A stretch of 57,039 nt of DNA, taken from positions 1 through 57,039 of the IMG/VR virus record IMGVR_UViG_3300037882_003134, one strand, 5' to 3'. Positions 26,831 to 35,834 of the stretch are shown in pieces. The position numbers and the translations under genes were made by a program. This DNA is from a virus. Lineage: Duplodnaviria > Caudoviricetes. The notes beneath the pieces were generated by a model. It did not search any database. It was not told where the DNA came from and saw only the letters and a program-made list of their open reading frames with translations. Position 1 is the stretch's first letter, and each line of letters starts with the position of its first letter.

Positions 26831-28189
26831 TTAGGACGCAGTACCTGTCTTCAGGATCGACATTGCTTCGTCATCGATCGTGTCGGAATCGAAGAACTCC
26901 GTGACGCGCAGCGCGTAGCTGTTCGTCTCGTTCAAGTTCACCGAATCGACCGTACCTTGACTCTGCAGCTCGATGCGGTAGCCCGGACGTACGCCACAGA
27001 TGTGGTAGCCGAGGTTACCGAACAGACCGAACTTCGTCTCTGCGGCAGGAGCCTGCTCCATCGAGACCACACGCTTCAATTCGAAGCCGTGGACACGCTT
27101 GTCAGACTTCAGCTCTTGGACGTTCGCCCAGTGGTAGTTGTCGTTGCCCTTGGACTTCGCGAGCACGTTGATCACCTTGCGGGGCATCCAGAAGCGAGCT
27201 TCGCCACCGATCATGCCAGAGCCCTTGATGTCCTCGTCAGGGAGGTACTGCTCATCGAGCTCGTTGATGAGATCGGCCATGTGATCGAACGTGAGGTCGG
27301 TGATCGCTGACTCACCTGCCGCCATATCCACGACGTTTGCGGTCTGGGCGAGGATATTTGCGAACACGATCGAGTCCTCCTTCTTCGCCAATTCGATCGT
27401 CGCGAAGTTGATCAGCGTCTGGACGAGCGCTGGATCGGCAGTCTCCAAGAGTTCTACCGAGAAGGGCTTGCTCAGCACGTTGATCTTCTTCGTTGTGAGA
27501 GTGAACTGCGCGAACACCGGCTGGCTCGACGTAGCGCCCGTGGCTTCTGCAGTCTGCTCTGCCGTGAAGGTGGACGTGAGCTTCGGCAGGCGAAGAATCT
27601 CGCGTTCCATCGTGATCTGCGTGCAGTACTTGCGAGCCTGCGACACACGAGCGACGTTGTCGTACAGCATCGTGCTGAAGATTTCACCGCCCAGGTAACC
27701 GCCCGTGGTATCCGTCGTGAGGCTCATGGCACGCTCTGCGCGGCCGGTCTCCTTCAGGTACTGACGTTCGGCTTCGTAGGCCTTTTCCACGCCTCCAGCT
27801 TCGCCCTTCCCTACGGAAGCGCGACTGACGGCACGGATCACCTTCGCGGCCTCGTGGAGATCGCGCTGGCGGTGCTTCTGCTGTTCATAGGCGGATTCTG
27901 CGGTTTCCTGCACCAGTGCTCGGGACTGCCCGGCGTTGAGGTTGTACTTCCGCTCGATTTCGCTGCCGACTGTCTCGGCGATCTTCTGTGCATCCTGTGA
28001 TGCACCATCGACGATCATGCGAACCTGATCGTCAGAGAGCTGTACCATCGGCTTGTCTTCGACGGCTACGCCCATGTGTTCCTGCATGTAGGATCGCAGG
28101 ATTTCAGCCTGTTCGGCCTTCTCCTTGCCCTGCATGCGATTGTGGAGGTCAGCAAGCTGCTGTTCCTCCTTTGTGGGAGTGGGACTCAT
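26831..28189 (-). CDS. HK97-fold major capsid protein with delta domain
   Basis: TAATG coupling; RAMS..T.TTGGYL, SVELL, FGNL motifs. Confidence 0.9.
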   Translation of the reverse strand: MSPTPTKEEQQLADLHNRMQGKEKAEQAEILRSYMQEHMGVAVEDKPMVQLSDDQVRMIVDGASQDAQKIAETVGSEIERKYNLNAGQSRALVQETAESAYEQQKHRQRDLHEAAKVIRAVSRASVGKGEAGGVEKAYEAERQYLKETGRAERAMSLTTDTTGGYLGGEIFSTMLYDNVARVSQARKYCTQITMEREILRLPKLTSTFTAEQTAEATGATSSQPVFAQFTLTTKKINVLSKPFSVELLETADPALVQTLINFATIELAKKEDSIVFANILAQTANVVDMAAGESAITDLTFDHMADLINELDEQYLPDEDIKGSGMIGGEARFWMPRKVINVLAKSKGNDNYHWANVQELKSDKRVHGFELKRVVSMEQAPAAETKFGLFGNLGYHICGVRPGYRIELQSQGTVDSVNLNETNSYALRVTEFFDSDTIDDEAMSILKTGTAS

Positions 28190-30534
28190 TAGAGAGATTG
28201 GGAAAGAATCGTCCGCTCGAACTGTTGTGCGGCGGACTTTGCGACTTCCCCGAGATCCTTTGCAGGAACCCCGCGTCGTGAGGCTTCCACGGACGCTTCT
28301 ACACACGCCTTGCGGATGGTTTCACCCAGCCGCGGAAGCGCATCGATAGGGATTTGAACGAAGGCTTTTCGTTCGGGTGCAGGGGCTTCCTGCACCGGAG
28401 GATTTGGGGCGGGTTCGGGCTCCTCCACAACCGGCGTTTCCGGTTCCTCTGGTGTTTCTACTGGCGTTTCCGGCGTCTCGGGCTCTTCGGGCGTCTTCGC
28501 CTCTTCCTCGATTATCTCCTCCATCTGCTCGAACGCTTCCTTCTCATCGGCCGGCTGTTCGATGCCGCGAGCCTTGAAGAACTTCTCCATGGCGCGGCTG
28601 GCTACTTTGTTTACCGGCTGCTTTTGCTCGAAATACCTGCGGTACTTTTCCGATTCGGAAGGTGTGGGTGGCATGGTGCTCGCAAGTATACACCCGTTCG
28701 CATTTGTCTCATTCTCAATTTGGCGACGTGGGCGATAGTTACTTCCTTGGAGCTGAATGCTTGTGATCAGATCCTTCTGCTCTTCCACCTTCTTGACCGC
28801 TTCACGCAGTGCATCGCTGATACTGAGGCCGTCCGAATCGTGAATGTTTCGGGCGAAGCTGGCGAGTTCGTACACGTGAGCCCCGGAGTAACCCTTCGTC
28901 TTTTTCACAGCCTCCTGCACGTCCTCATCGGAAACGCCATCGATCCATTTACGCAGCATCGCAGCGCGTTTCTCGTCAGTCGGCAGATTGAAATTGAGCA
29001 CGTCATGGAAGCGACCGGGACGATCGATCAATGCTTCCGGCAAACGCTCGGGGAAGTTCGTGGTCATGATTGTGACAACCCCGGAACTCCGTGCGATGCC
29101 GTCCATTTCCGTCTTTAAGAGATCGATATTTCCAGCAACCCAGTTGTCGATGTCCTCAAAGAACAATACGGAAGGTGCAATCTCTCTCGCGAGTTCGAAA
29201 GCTTGCTCGAATCCGCCACCGCGGTAGAAGTCCCTTGTCGATACCCAAACAAAGCTGCAGTCCTGTAGTGTGTTTCGGATAATACGACCCGATAGCGTCT
29301 TGCCCGTGCCAGGAGGACCGAGCATCAGCACGCCGCGGTTCGGCGTTGATTTTCCCTTGGCGTTGAGCCGCTCAACGACCCGCGAAAGTGCCTTTGCATT
29401 CTTCTCTTCGAGGAAGCAATCGTCCCAGGTCTCGTCGGTCGTCCGAATGAATTCACCTGAAAGGGCGAACGCTTCGCCTTTCAGCGGATTCTGCTCCCTC
29501 GCGAACTTCCATGCCTCATCAACCACACGTCGATTGAATTCCTTGGCCTCCCGGTGAGTAAAGAAGTTGACCTGCAACCCTCCCCACACAGGAGTTACCG
29601 AGTAGGCGAAATTGCCTTCGCTGCTTCGGTAGAAAGCGATCCCATCAACAAGGAAGTCCTCGCTCTGCCGTGAGTTGAGTTGAATGACGTTGTGAACGGG
29701 CGGGAGTTCAGTCCCCTGCCACGTCAGGTTCCGTACTTCGGCCAGGGTGCTACCCATCAAAGCGTGTCGGAGCCCGGACAGCACTCCACCGATCCGGAAT
29801 GAGGGGATGCGGAAGGTATTCTGGAATATCTCCTTCACTTCGCAGTCGATATGCTTCGCCACCCAATCGTACTGAAGCTCTGCGGGGCTGATGGATTCAT
29901 GTGTTACGTCGAAAGCTCGGCTCAATGACCGATTCCAGCGAATCGGCTCAGATTCATCCGTAAAGCTCTCGATGCGCGAGGCAAGCTCGCGGTATGTCTC
30001 AATCTCGTCTTCCCGGCCGAGCTTTCTAGCTCGCTGCACCAGCGCGTTGCTGTTGCTTGGGATTGTGACGATCGATACTTCGAGCAGTCGTTGCTTGCGA
30101 TACACACGCACCGGCACTCTTGCGCCGGCAGCGTCTTCCTCCTCCATGTCTTCCCAATCGAGTGGTTCGAAGCCGACCGAAACGGCATTGATGAAACCGC
30201 CGCGTGCGAGCTCCCAAACGGTGTCAGCGAGTGGGAAGACTCCCTCTTCAGGGAACTCGATTGTGAGATAGGTTTGCTGGTTGTGTACACGAAGAGTGTC
30301 CGGCAAACCCTTTGCTACTGGCAGGCCATTGCTTCCCGTTCGCCCCCTGTCATCGTGAGCGAGTGGAATGACAGGATTCTTGCGGAACGTCTCAAAGTCC
30401 CAGCCGGCTTGATCGATTCTCGTTCCGTAGCTGTCGATGTCGAACGTCGAAATGATGACGGTCAGACGCCGATTCGCAATGTCGATGTCTCTTGCCTGTT
30501 CGGCCGTGGCTTGCCGGATCTCCTTTTCTGGCAT
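28189..30534 (-). CDS. HK97 prohead protease fused to AAA+ ATPase plus acidic scaffold-like tail (781 aa)
   Basis: DSYG, NPVIPLAHD, AVSVGF, LLEVSIVTIPSN; GPPGTGKT, FFEDID, TTNFPERLPEALIDRPGRF. Confidence 0.9.
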   Translation of the reverse strand: MPEKEIRQATAEQARDIDIANRRLTVIISTFDIDSYGTRIDQAGWDFETFRKNPVIPLAHDDRGRTGSNGLPVAKGLPDTLRVHNQQTYLTIEFPEEGVFPLADTVWELARGGFINAVSVGFEPLDWEDMEEEDAAGARVPVRVYRKQRLLEVSIVTIPSNSNALVQRARKLGREDEIETYRELASRIESFTDESEPIRWNRSLSRAFDVTHESISPAELQYDWVAKHIDCEVKEIFQNTFRIPSFRIGGVLSGLRHALMGSTLAEVRNLTWQGTELPPVHNVIQLNSRQSEDFLVDGIAFYRSSEGNFAYSVTPVWGGLQVNFFTHREAKEFNRRVVDEAWKFAREQNPLKGEAFALSGEFIRTTDETWDDCFLEEKNAKALSRVVERLNAKGKSTPNRGVLMLGPPGTGKTLSGRIIRNTLQDCSFVWVSTRDFYRGGGFEQAFELAREIAPSVLFFEDIDNWVAGNIDLLKTEMDGIARSSGVVTIMTTNFPERLPEALIDRPGRFHDVLNFNLPTDEKRAAMLRKWIDGVSDEDVQEAVKKTKGYSGAHVYELASFARNIHDSDGLSISDALREAVKKVEEQKDLITSIQLQGSNYRPRRQIENETNANGCILASTMPPTPSESEKYRRYFEQKQPVNKVASRAMEKFFKARGIEQPADEKEAFEQMEEIIEEEAKTPEEPETPETPVETPEEPETPVVEEPEPAPNPPVQEAPAPERKAFVQIPIDALPRLGETIRKACVEASVEASRRGVPAKDLGEVAKSAAQQFERTILSQSL

Positions 30535-31310
30535 TACTGGGAGGGGAAGTGGGACAGAACGCGATCGCGTTGACCGCGGAATGCACGGCGCAAGTGTATC
30601 ACGAAGTCCCGTTCGAGCGCACCATGTGCTCTGAGGAACACTCGACCGAGTTGGTGTTTTCTGTCGAAGGTAAGCCCTGCACCGACAACTGCGCATCTGC
30701 AGTTTGCTCGTTCTGACATTGGCAAAGTCGAGTCGCCGGGGAACATTCCCGAACTTCCGCCCACCATGAACGGCTGGTGAATTCCGACCACCTGCCCGTC
30801 GGCCGCAGCGTGTGAAGCCCGCTCCCGGCCATCGATCACCGTAGACCATTCTTTGTTCTGGTATCCCTCTCGCCGAAGAGTCTCTGTCGATCCGTCGTTG
30901 ATCACATCCGTCAGCTCCGTGCGAGCAATCAGCTTGTTTCGTACCTTTTCATGTTGTCCGAATAGCTTATCGATGCGCTTCGAGAGTTGCTGAATCCCCT
31001 CTCCCTGCTCGATCGCAGCGGCGAGCTCTACCTGCAGAGCCTCCTTCGTTGTGCCGATTGCGATAGCCGCGTGATCAAAAGACTTCTGCTCAAGCGCAAT
31101 TCGCACGGCTTGGGTGAAGAGATCATCTTCCGAGAACTCCCCGTCGCCCTGCATCAAGCCGATCCCGATACCACGCTTGAACCCACGAAAGAGGAACGGC
31201 TGGTAGATGGCCTGCCACCGAGTCCGCTCTGCACCCTCGTCAAAGATGTCCCCGATGCCGGGGAGATTTGTTTGTCGTTTCTGTGTGGGTGTTGCTACGC
31301 GGCTAAATTT
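30534..31310 (-). CDS. MuF/SPP1 gp7-like head morphogenesis protein (probably entered by -1 frameshift from portal; alternative start 31157/31154)
   Basis: IARTE, KEW, R.SH..ADGQ, PGD, NCRC; frame open and protein-like up to the slippery site. Confidence 0.85.
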   Translation of the reverse strand, partial: KFSRVATPTQKRQTNLPGIGDIFDEGAERTRWQAIYQPFLFRGFKRGIGIGLMQGDGEFSEDDLFTQAVRIALEQKSFDHAAIAIGTTKEALQVELAAAIEQGEGIQQLSKRIDKLFGQHEKVRNKLIARTELTDVINDGSTETLRREGYQNKEWSTVIDGRERASHAAADGQVVGIHQPFMVGGSSGMFPGDSTLPMSERANCRCAVVGAGLTFDRKHQLGRVFLRAHGALERDFVIHLRRAFRGQRDRVLSHFPSQ

Positions 31311-32557
31311 GCCGGAGGTTCGGGAGAAGCACCGGCAGGCACTTTGTTGAAGTTCACGTATGGGATGTCGGTCACTCCGGGGAGATCCAGTGGTTCGAGT
31401 CCCATCATCTGGCGGGCTTCATCGGGCAGCAGCGAGGCGTTTTCCATCAGCGTCGCGATCGTCTGCCGTTTCTCCTCAGTGTTCTCCGGCACCGGATCGG
31501 GGAAGTTGAACCGCATGCCCTCGTGACCGGGGAACTGTGGCAGGTAGTCGTTATTCAGGGTATCCGTGATCATTTCTAATAGCGGCAGGACAGTGAACCG
31601 TTGGAACACGTAGATTGCCGCATCTGCGTTCGCCCTTGTCTGCGATTCTGTCCGGCCGAGCATTTCGAGACCGATGCGCATGTTTGCAAGGATCTCGTCG
31701 CGGTTCATCTTCTTGCTCTCGGCGTACTGCATGTCTGCGTTTGATTCCTGCACCTTCGTGAACGTAAGCCCCTTGGGAAGCATTGCTGTCTTCCCTTTCT
31801 GGCCAGAGTATTTATGCATCCATTCGGACAGAATCTTTTGTCGCTCTTCGGGAGTGAGGTTCTGCTCGGTACTCAGCACGCCGGATGGGATGGCGTTGTT
31901 CTCCATCCGATCGAGGTTCATCTGATCCGCTTTCTTGTGCGCATCGAGAGCGTACCGTGCAGACTTCACCGGCGAGTGCCCGCGGAACATATCCATTGGG
32001 TTGGGCATCTTGAAGTGAACGACATCTTCCGGTGCAAGTCGGAGGCGATGTTCGATCGTTTGGTACTCGTAGTGATCGATGCTGTTATCCGCACCGAAGT
32101 GCAATGTCATGCTGCCAGGTAACAGCGGGTGAATGATCGTCGGCGCGCCGTTTAGCTTCCGCCGGCCATCGAGCATCCAGAACGCTTCGCCGTTCAGTTC
32201 ATGGTGCAGGCCGAGCAGGTGGAAGAGCTGGCGCTGCGTGAGCGGGCTCTTGCCCGTCTTCCCAGGCATTGGGTTGTGCAGTGTTTCGAGAGACTCATGC
32301 TTCTCCACCCGATCCCAATCGTCGCCCTTCTTCTCTTCGAGGAAGAACGGAGTACGGGAGACTTCAAAGCAGATAACGTCGATACCCGCGTGGAACCACG
32401 GGTTTTCACCGTAGAATTCGAGCGAGGCTTCGGGTTGGAAGTGATGCGGCTGTCCGGCGTACCGGAACATGGCGCTCAGGTCGGTACCAACAAGACGTTC
32501 CTCCCGCCCGAGGAAAGCATCTGCTGCGTTGCGGAGGCGCGTAAGAATCGACGGCAC
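31295..32557 (-). CDS. HK97-family portal protein
   Basis: LNGEAFW, VVHFK.PNP..GHSP, N.A.PSGVL, DMQY.E. Confidence 0.93.
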   Translation of the reverse strand: MPSILTRLRNAADAFLGREERLVGTDLSAMFRYAGQPHHFQPEASLEFYGENPWFHAGIDVICFEVSRTPFFLEEKKGDDWDRVEKHESLETLHNPMPGKTGKSPLTQRQLFHLLGLHHELNGEAFWMLDGRRKLNGAPTIIHPLLPGSMTLHFGADNSIDHYEYQTIEHRLRLAPEDVVHFKMPNPMDMFRGHSPVKSARYALDAHKKADQMNLDRMENNAIPSGVLSTEQNLTPEERQKILSEWMHKYSGQKGKTAMLPKGLTFTKVQESNADMQYAESKKMNRDEILANMRIGLEMLGRTESQTRANADAAIYVFQRFTVLPLLEMITDTLNNDYLPQFPGHEGMRFNFPDPVPENTEEKRQTIATLMENASLLPDEARQMMGLEPLDLPGVTDIPYVNFNKVPAGASPEPPANLAA

Positions 32558-32591
32558 GGGGACAGTGTACAACTATCCCCAAAGAAGCGCA

Positions 32592-33230
32592 TTAGGTTTT
32601 GGGTAGCGTCAAATATGCGTAGATGAAGCTGGCAATGACACTGGCAGCGATACCCAAAAGGAAGCCGACCAAGAGCACCTTCCACTGACCACGCAGGCTT
32701 TGCGCGTACCGAAGATCCTCGCGCATCCCTTCAAGAGTAGCGCTAAGGGTCGCAATGCCTTCGGCAAGATGCTCGTTGGTTACCTGCGCTTGCTGGGGCG
32801 TCTCCTCACGTGGAAGCCTTTGACGAATTTCGTCGGCTTCCATAACACGGATCGCCTCGCCTCGCCGAACAAACGCTCCAGCGTCCGAGATCGCAATCTC
32901 TCCCGCCACAGGCTTGAAGACAACAACACCGACTTGCTGCCCTTGGTATGTGACCGGATGAAGGCGAGTTTCTGGCATCGGGCGGATACGGCCACCAAGC
33001 TGATCGACTAGGTGCCCCAGCCGACGAACATCCGTCCCGACCACAACGTCAGGCTCCCGCACTCCAACGAGCAAGACACCACCCTGCGTATTCCCGAATG
33101 CAGAAGCGATCTTCGCAAGATCGAGGATCGTGCGCATGTTCTCTTTGAACTCGACCTGCTGCGTTTCGCCGCCAGCAATAAGCCGTGCAACGTCGTCGGG
33201 CGTCACGTTCTCAAAAAGTCGGTCGATCAA
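32592..33230 (-). CDS. Schlafen/AlbA_2-domain protein with C-terminal coiled coil and TM helix (moron)
   Basis: GE...VEFKE, ASAFGNTQGGVLLVGV, FVRRG; TTG start after GGGGA. Confidence 0.8.
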   Translation of the reverse strand: MIDRLFENVTPDDVARLIAGGETQQVEFKENMRTILDLAKIASAFGNTQGGVLLVGVREPDVVVGTDVRRLGHLVDQLGGRIRPMPETRLHPVTYQGQQVGVVVFKPVAGEIAISDAGAFVRRGEAIRVMEADEIRQRLPREETPQQAQVTNEHLAEGIATLSATLEGMREDLRYAQSLRGQWKVLLVGFLLGIAASVIASFIYAYLTLPKT

Positions 33231-33241
33231 GTTTCTGTCCC

Positions 33242-34717
33242 CTATGCAATCAGTAGTTCGCCAATATCCCCGCTCTTCGCGGCCATCAACATCAAAGCTG
33301 TCGCGTCTGGCGCGTCGTCCTTCGCACCCGGTTCGTCCGGATGGTGGACGCTCAGGTATTCGCCGTCTCCCTTGTACTCGCGCACGAGCTGCGTCATCTG
33401 CTCTTCGAACTCTGCGGCCAGCGGATGATCTGCGGGATAGCTGAACCGCAACGGATCGCCAGCATCGCGGAAGATCGCCTCTTCGAACAGCAAGTACATC
33501 TCGTTCTTGCTTTGAAGGGTGAATTTTACATGACTGGTGGTATCGACTGGAAGGCGCGTTTGGCGCTCCAGCGTTTCCATCGGCATGTCGCCCTGTCCCG
33601 TGGAGTCGCCGCGTACGCCCAGAATCCGCTGCATGTACGTGAATTCGCCCGAAGAATCTTTGCGCGGTTCGTTGAGCCAAGCCGTCAGCAGCTCGATCTG
33701 CTCCTCGTAGGCCACGCTCGGCAGCTTCAGCATGTCCACGATGTCGTTCTGATCGTTGCCCACGATGGCCCACGTCGCATCACTGACCCGTCCCCAGTCC
33801 ACACCGAGGAACAGCTTACCAGCGGGGGCAGGCGTGCTCCTGCCGCACGAAAGCAGGCGCTCGCGTGCGACGAAGTTGCCTTCCTCGATCAGATCATCCA
33901 GGTAGAAGTTGACCCGTATTTCAGGATTCTCGCGGCCTTTCTCCTTCAGCAGGCGGGCGAACGTCTTCTCGTAATCCAGGTGCTTGGCGTCCCCGGTCTC
34001 TTCGTATTTCTTTCGCCGATCCGCGATCACCGCGTCCACATCGACCACGATCGACTTGCTGTTCGGGAAATCCCCGTCACATCCGCGTTTGAAGTCGCAC
34101 GTCCGCCGCGCACCAACCCCGATCATCCACCGCACGCCGTTGGTGGACGCGAGCATCGGATCAAGCTGATCCGCCCGCTTCTGGTCATCGGCCTTGTGGG
34201 CTTCCTCGACGATGAGGACGTTGAGTGTCTTCGATTCGTTTGTCGTCGTAGGTGCGAGAGAGAAACGGTAGACCTCCGCAGAGAGTTGATCGAGCCGATA
34301 CGCGCGAACCGTGTGCGCGTTGAACTCCCGATCCTCGACCTGCCACGAGTCCCGCATGGTCCCGATCGACTTCTTGATGCGGTCTACGTCCGTCTTCGCC
34401 TGCTCGCCCTTGGGTGAGGCGATGCCGGCCATGAGCGGATCACCGACGAGTAAGCGGTAGAAGATAATCAGAAAACGCAGCAGCAGCGTGATCGTTTCCG
34501 TCTTCCCAGCTTGGCGGGAAATCTTGATGTAGATGTCGATCGGCTCGACGAAGAGCGAGTAGAGGCACCAGTACGCGATCTTCACCTGATACGCGTACAG
34601 CTCGAATCCGAACAGTTTGCAGAATCCGACAAAGGCTTTAAGCGTCCGCTTCAGCGTCGCTTTCTTTTGTGCCGGCGTCTGGTTCCGGACCGTCACTGTC
34701 GAGCAGCATACCAGCAA
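33242..34717 (-). CDS. terL: Terminase large subunit (start uncertain)
   Basis: SRQAGKT, LIVEEAH, LGVDWG..D, DSTG.G, HHP....DDAPDA. Confidence 0.92.
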   Translation of the reverse strand: MLVCCSTVTVRNQTPAQKKATLKRTLKAFVGFCKLFGFELYAYQVKIAYWCLYSLFVEPIDIYIKISRQAGKTETITLLLRFLIIFYRLLVGDPLMAGIASPKGEQAKTDVDRIKKSIGTMRDSWQVEDREFNAHTVRAYRLDQLSAEVYRFSLAPTTTNESKTLNVLIVEEAHKADDQKRADQLDPMLASTNGVRWMIGVGARRTCDFKRGCDGDFPNSKSIVVDVDAVIADRRKKYEETGDAKHLDYEKTFARLLKEKGRENPEIRVNFYLDDLIEEGNFVARERLLSCGRSTPAPAGKLFLGVDWGRVSDATWAIVGNDQNDIVDMLKLPSVAYEEQIELLTAWLNEPRKDSSGEFTYMQRILGVRGDSTGQGDMPMETLERQTRLPVDTTSHVKFTLQSKNEMYLLFEEAIFRDAGDPLRFSYPADHPLAAEFEEQMTQLVREYKGDGEYLSVHHPDEPGAKDDAPDATALMLMAAKSGDIGELLIA

Positions 34718-35141
34718 GTGCTGCGGCGGAATCCTTTGGAACGGTCAGCTCGCGCTCGCTCCGCTCCCGCATGCCGTGATCCGAGGAGAGCACCAGCTTT
34801 GCGATCGTGCTGTTGTACGTCCCTGCCAGGCCGTAATCGATGAGGCGGGACTTCTGTTCGTTCTTGATGAGCTCCAAAGCGTCAACAAACTCCGGGTGCG
34901 CTTCAGACCAGTTGTGCAGCGTTTGCTTCGATACGCCCAGGAATTTGGCGAAGCCTTCGATCTTCGGGAGATCGACGAGCAGGGCTCCATCCTCCTTCCT
35001 GATCGTTTTGCACTGCGCAACATACTCGGCGGCACGATCGCAGAACGCCGGGTCGTATTCGCTCGGCCTTCCACACCGGCAGCAGCCGTCTTCGTCGCCC
35101 TTTGGTTTCTGGCACTTTCCGCAGAGATTCTGATCCGTCAT
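34638..35141 (-). CDS. terS: Terminase small subunit
   Basis: GRPSEY, P.IEGFA.FLGVSKQTLHNW...HPEF, GL.G.YN. Confidence 0.85.
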   Translation of the reverse strand: MTDQNLCGKCQKPKGDEDGCCRCGRPSEYDPAFCDRAAEYVAQCKTIRKEDGALLVDLPKIEGFAKFLGVSKQTLHNWSEAHPEFVDALELIKNEQKSRLIDYGLAGTYNSTIAKLVLSSDHGMRERSERELTVPKDSAAALAGMLLDSDGPEPDAGTKESDAEADA

Positions 35142-35413
35142 GCCGACACAGTAACACATTTCACGGGAACCTGATTCAAGTACGTCCCCACTCCGTGAGT
35201 GTTCCAAGCCCAGCGGTTGTATGCGATTGCCGCTTCCCACTGGGTTGCGAAGTACCCGAGGAGAATCTGTTGACCATGCCGGCGAGCATAGGCCTTCCAC
35301 GGCTTTTGCAGCCCTGCCAGGTTCTTCATGAAGTAGACGCCCTTGAGCTTCGCCTGATTCTTCGGGGGATGCTTGTGCTTGTGCCGATGGTTCCAAACAT
35401 TCGAGCTACGCAT
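35138..35413 (-). CDS. Stand-alone AP2 DNA-binding domain protein
   Basis: KGV, W.A, LGYFAT..EAAIAYN. Confidence 0.75.
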   Translation of the reverse strand: MRSSNVWNHRHKHKHPPKNQAKLKGVYFMKNLAGLQKPWKAYARRHGQQILLGYFATQWEAAIAYNRWAWNTHGVGTYLNQVPVKCVTVSA

Positions 35414-35834
35414 CCTTCGTCAGCTCGTGAACGATGTCGATGCCCTCCGGGGGGATGTCGTGGACCTGGACCTGCGCGACGATCCTGTCCTGCGGCAACC
35501 ACTCAACTCCCTCCTTCTCGCAAACGTCCTGAAGGAATGCAGCGCGAGTGAGGAGCAGAAGGGCTTCGGTCGTAATGCCTTGCAGGTTCCAACTGTACGT
35601 CCTTGAAGGCAACCGCAACTCGTAATGCGTATCGTTCAACCTGATACGCTTGTCGGCCGACGCTAGCTCCTGCAGCTTATCCCGCTCGAAAACGGCGTAT
35701 GGATGCCACGTTCCCACTGGTCGCATGACCAAGTTGTTCATGCCGAGACGGTACGGGCCGGTTTCATCGACCTCGTACCACTTAATTTCGCCCTGCAGTT
35801 CGCCTTTGATACAGATGTACGGCTCGGCGATCAT
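35406..35834 (-). CDS. Hypothetical phage protein
   Basis: ATGA-coupled ORF. Confidence 0.55.
   Translation of the reverse strand: MIAEPYICIKGELQGEIKWYEVDETGPYRLGMNNLVMRPVGTWHPYAVFERDKLQELASADKRIRLNDTHYELRLPSRTYSWNLQGITTEALLLLTRAAFLQDVCEKEGVEWLPQDRIVAQVQVHDIPPEGIDIVHELTKDA

Noticed and set aside
28730-29960. Intein explaining the insert in the protease
   Set aside because: Insert is an AAA+ domain downstream of the complete protease domain; no intein terminal motifs or homing endonuclease
30535-30849. N-terminal 105 aa of the 886-aa ORF
   Set aside because: Overlaps MuF in another frame; TAATG coupling places the start at 30534
33231-33773. N-terminal extension of the 393-aa Schlafen ORF
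   Set aside because: Out-of-frame overlap with terL; not protein-like
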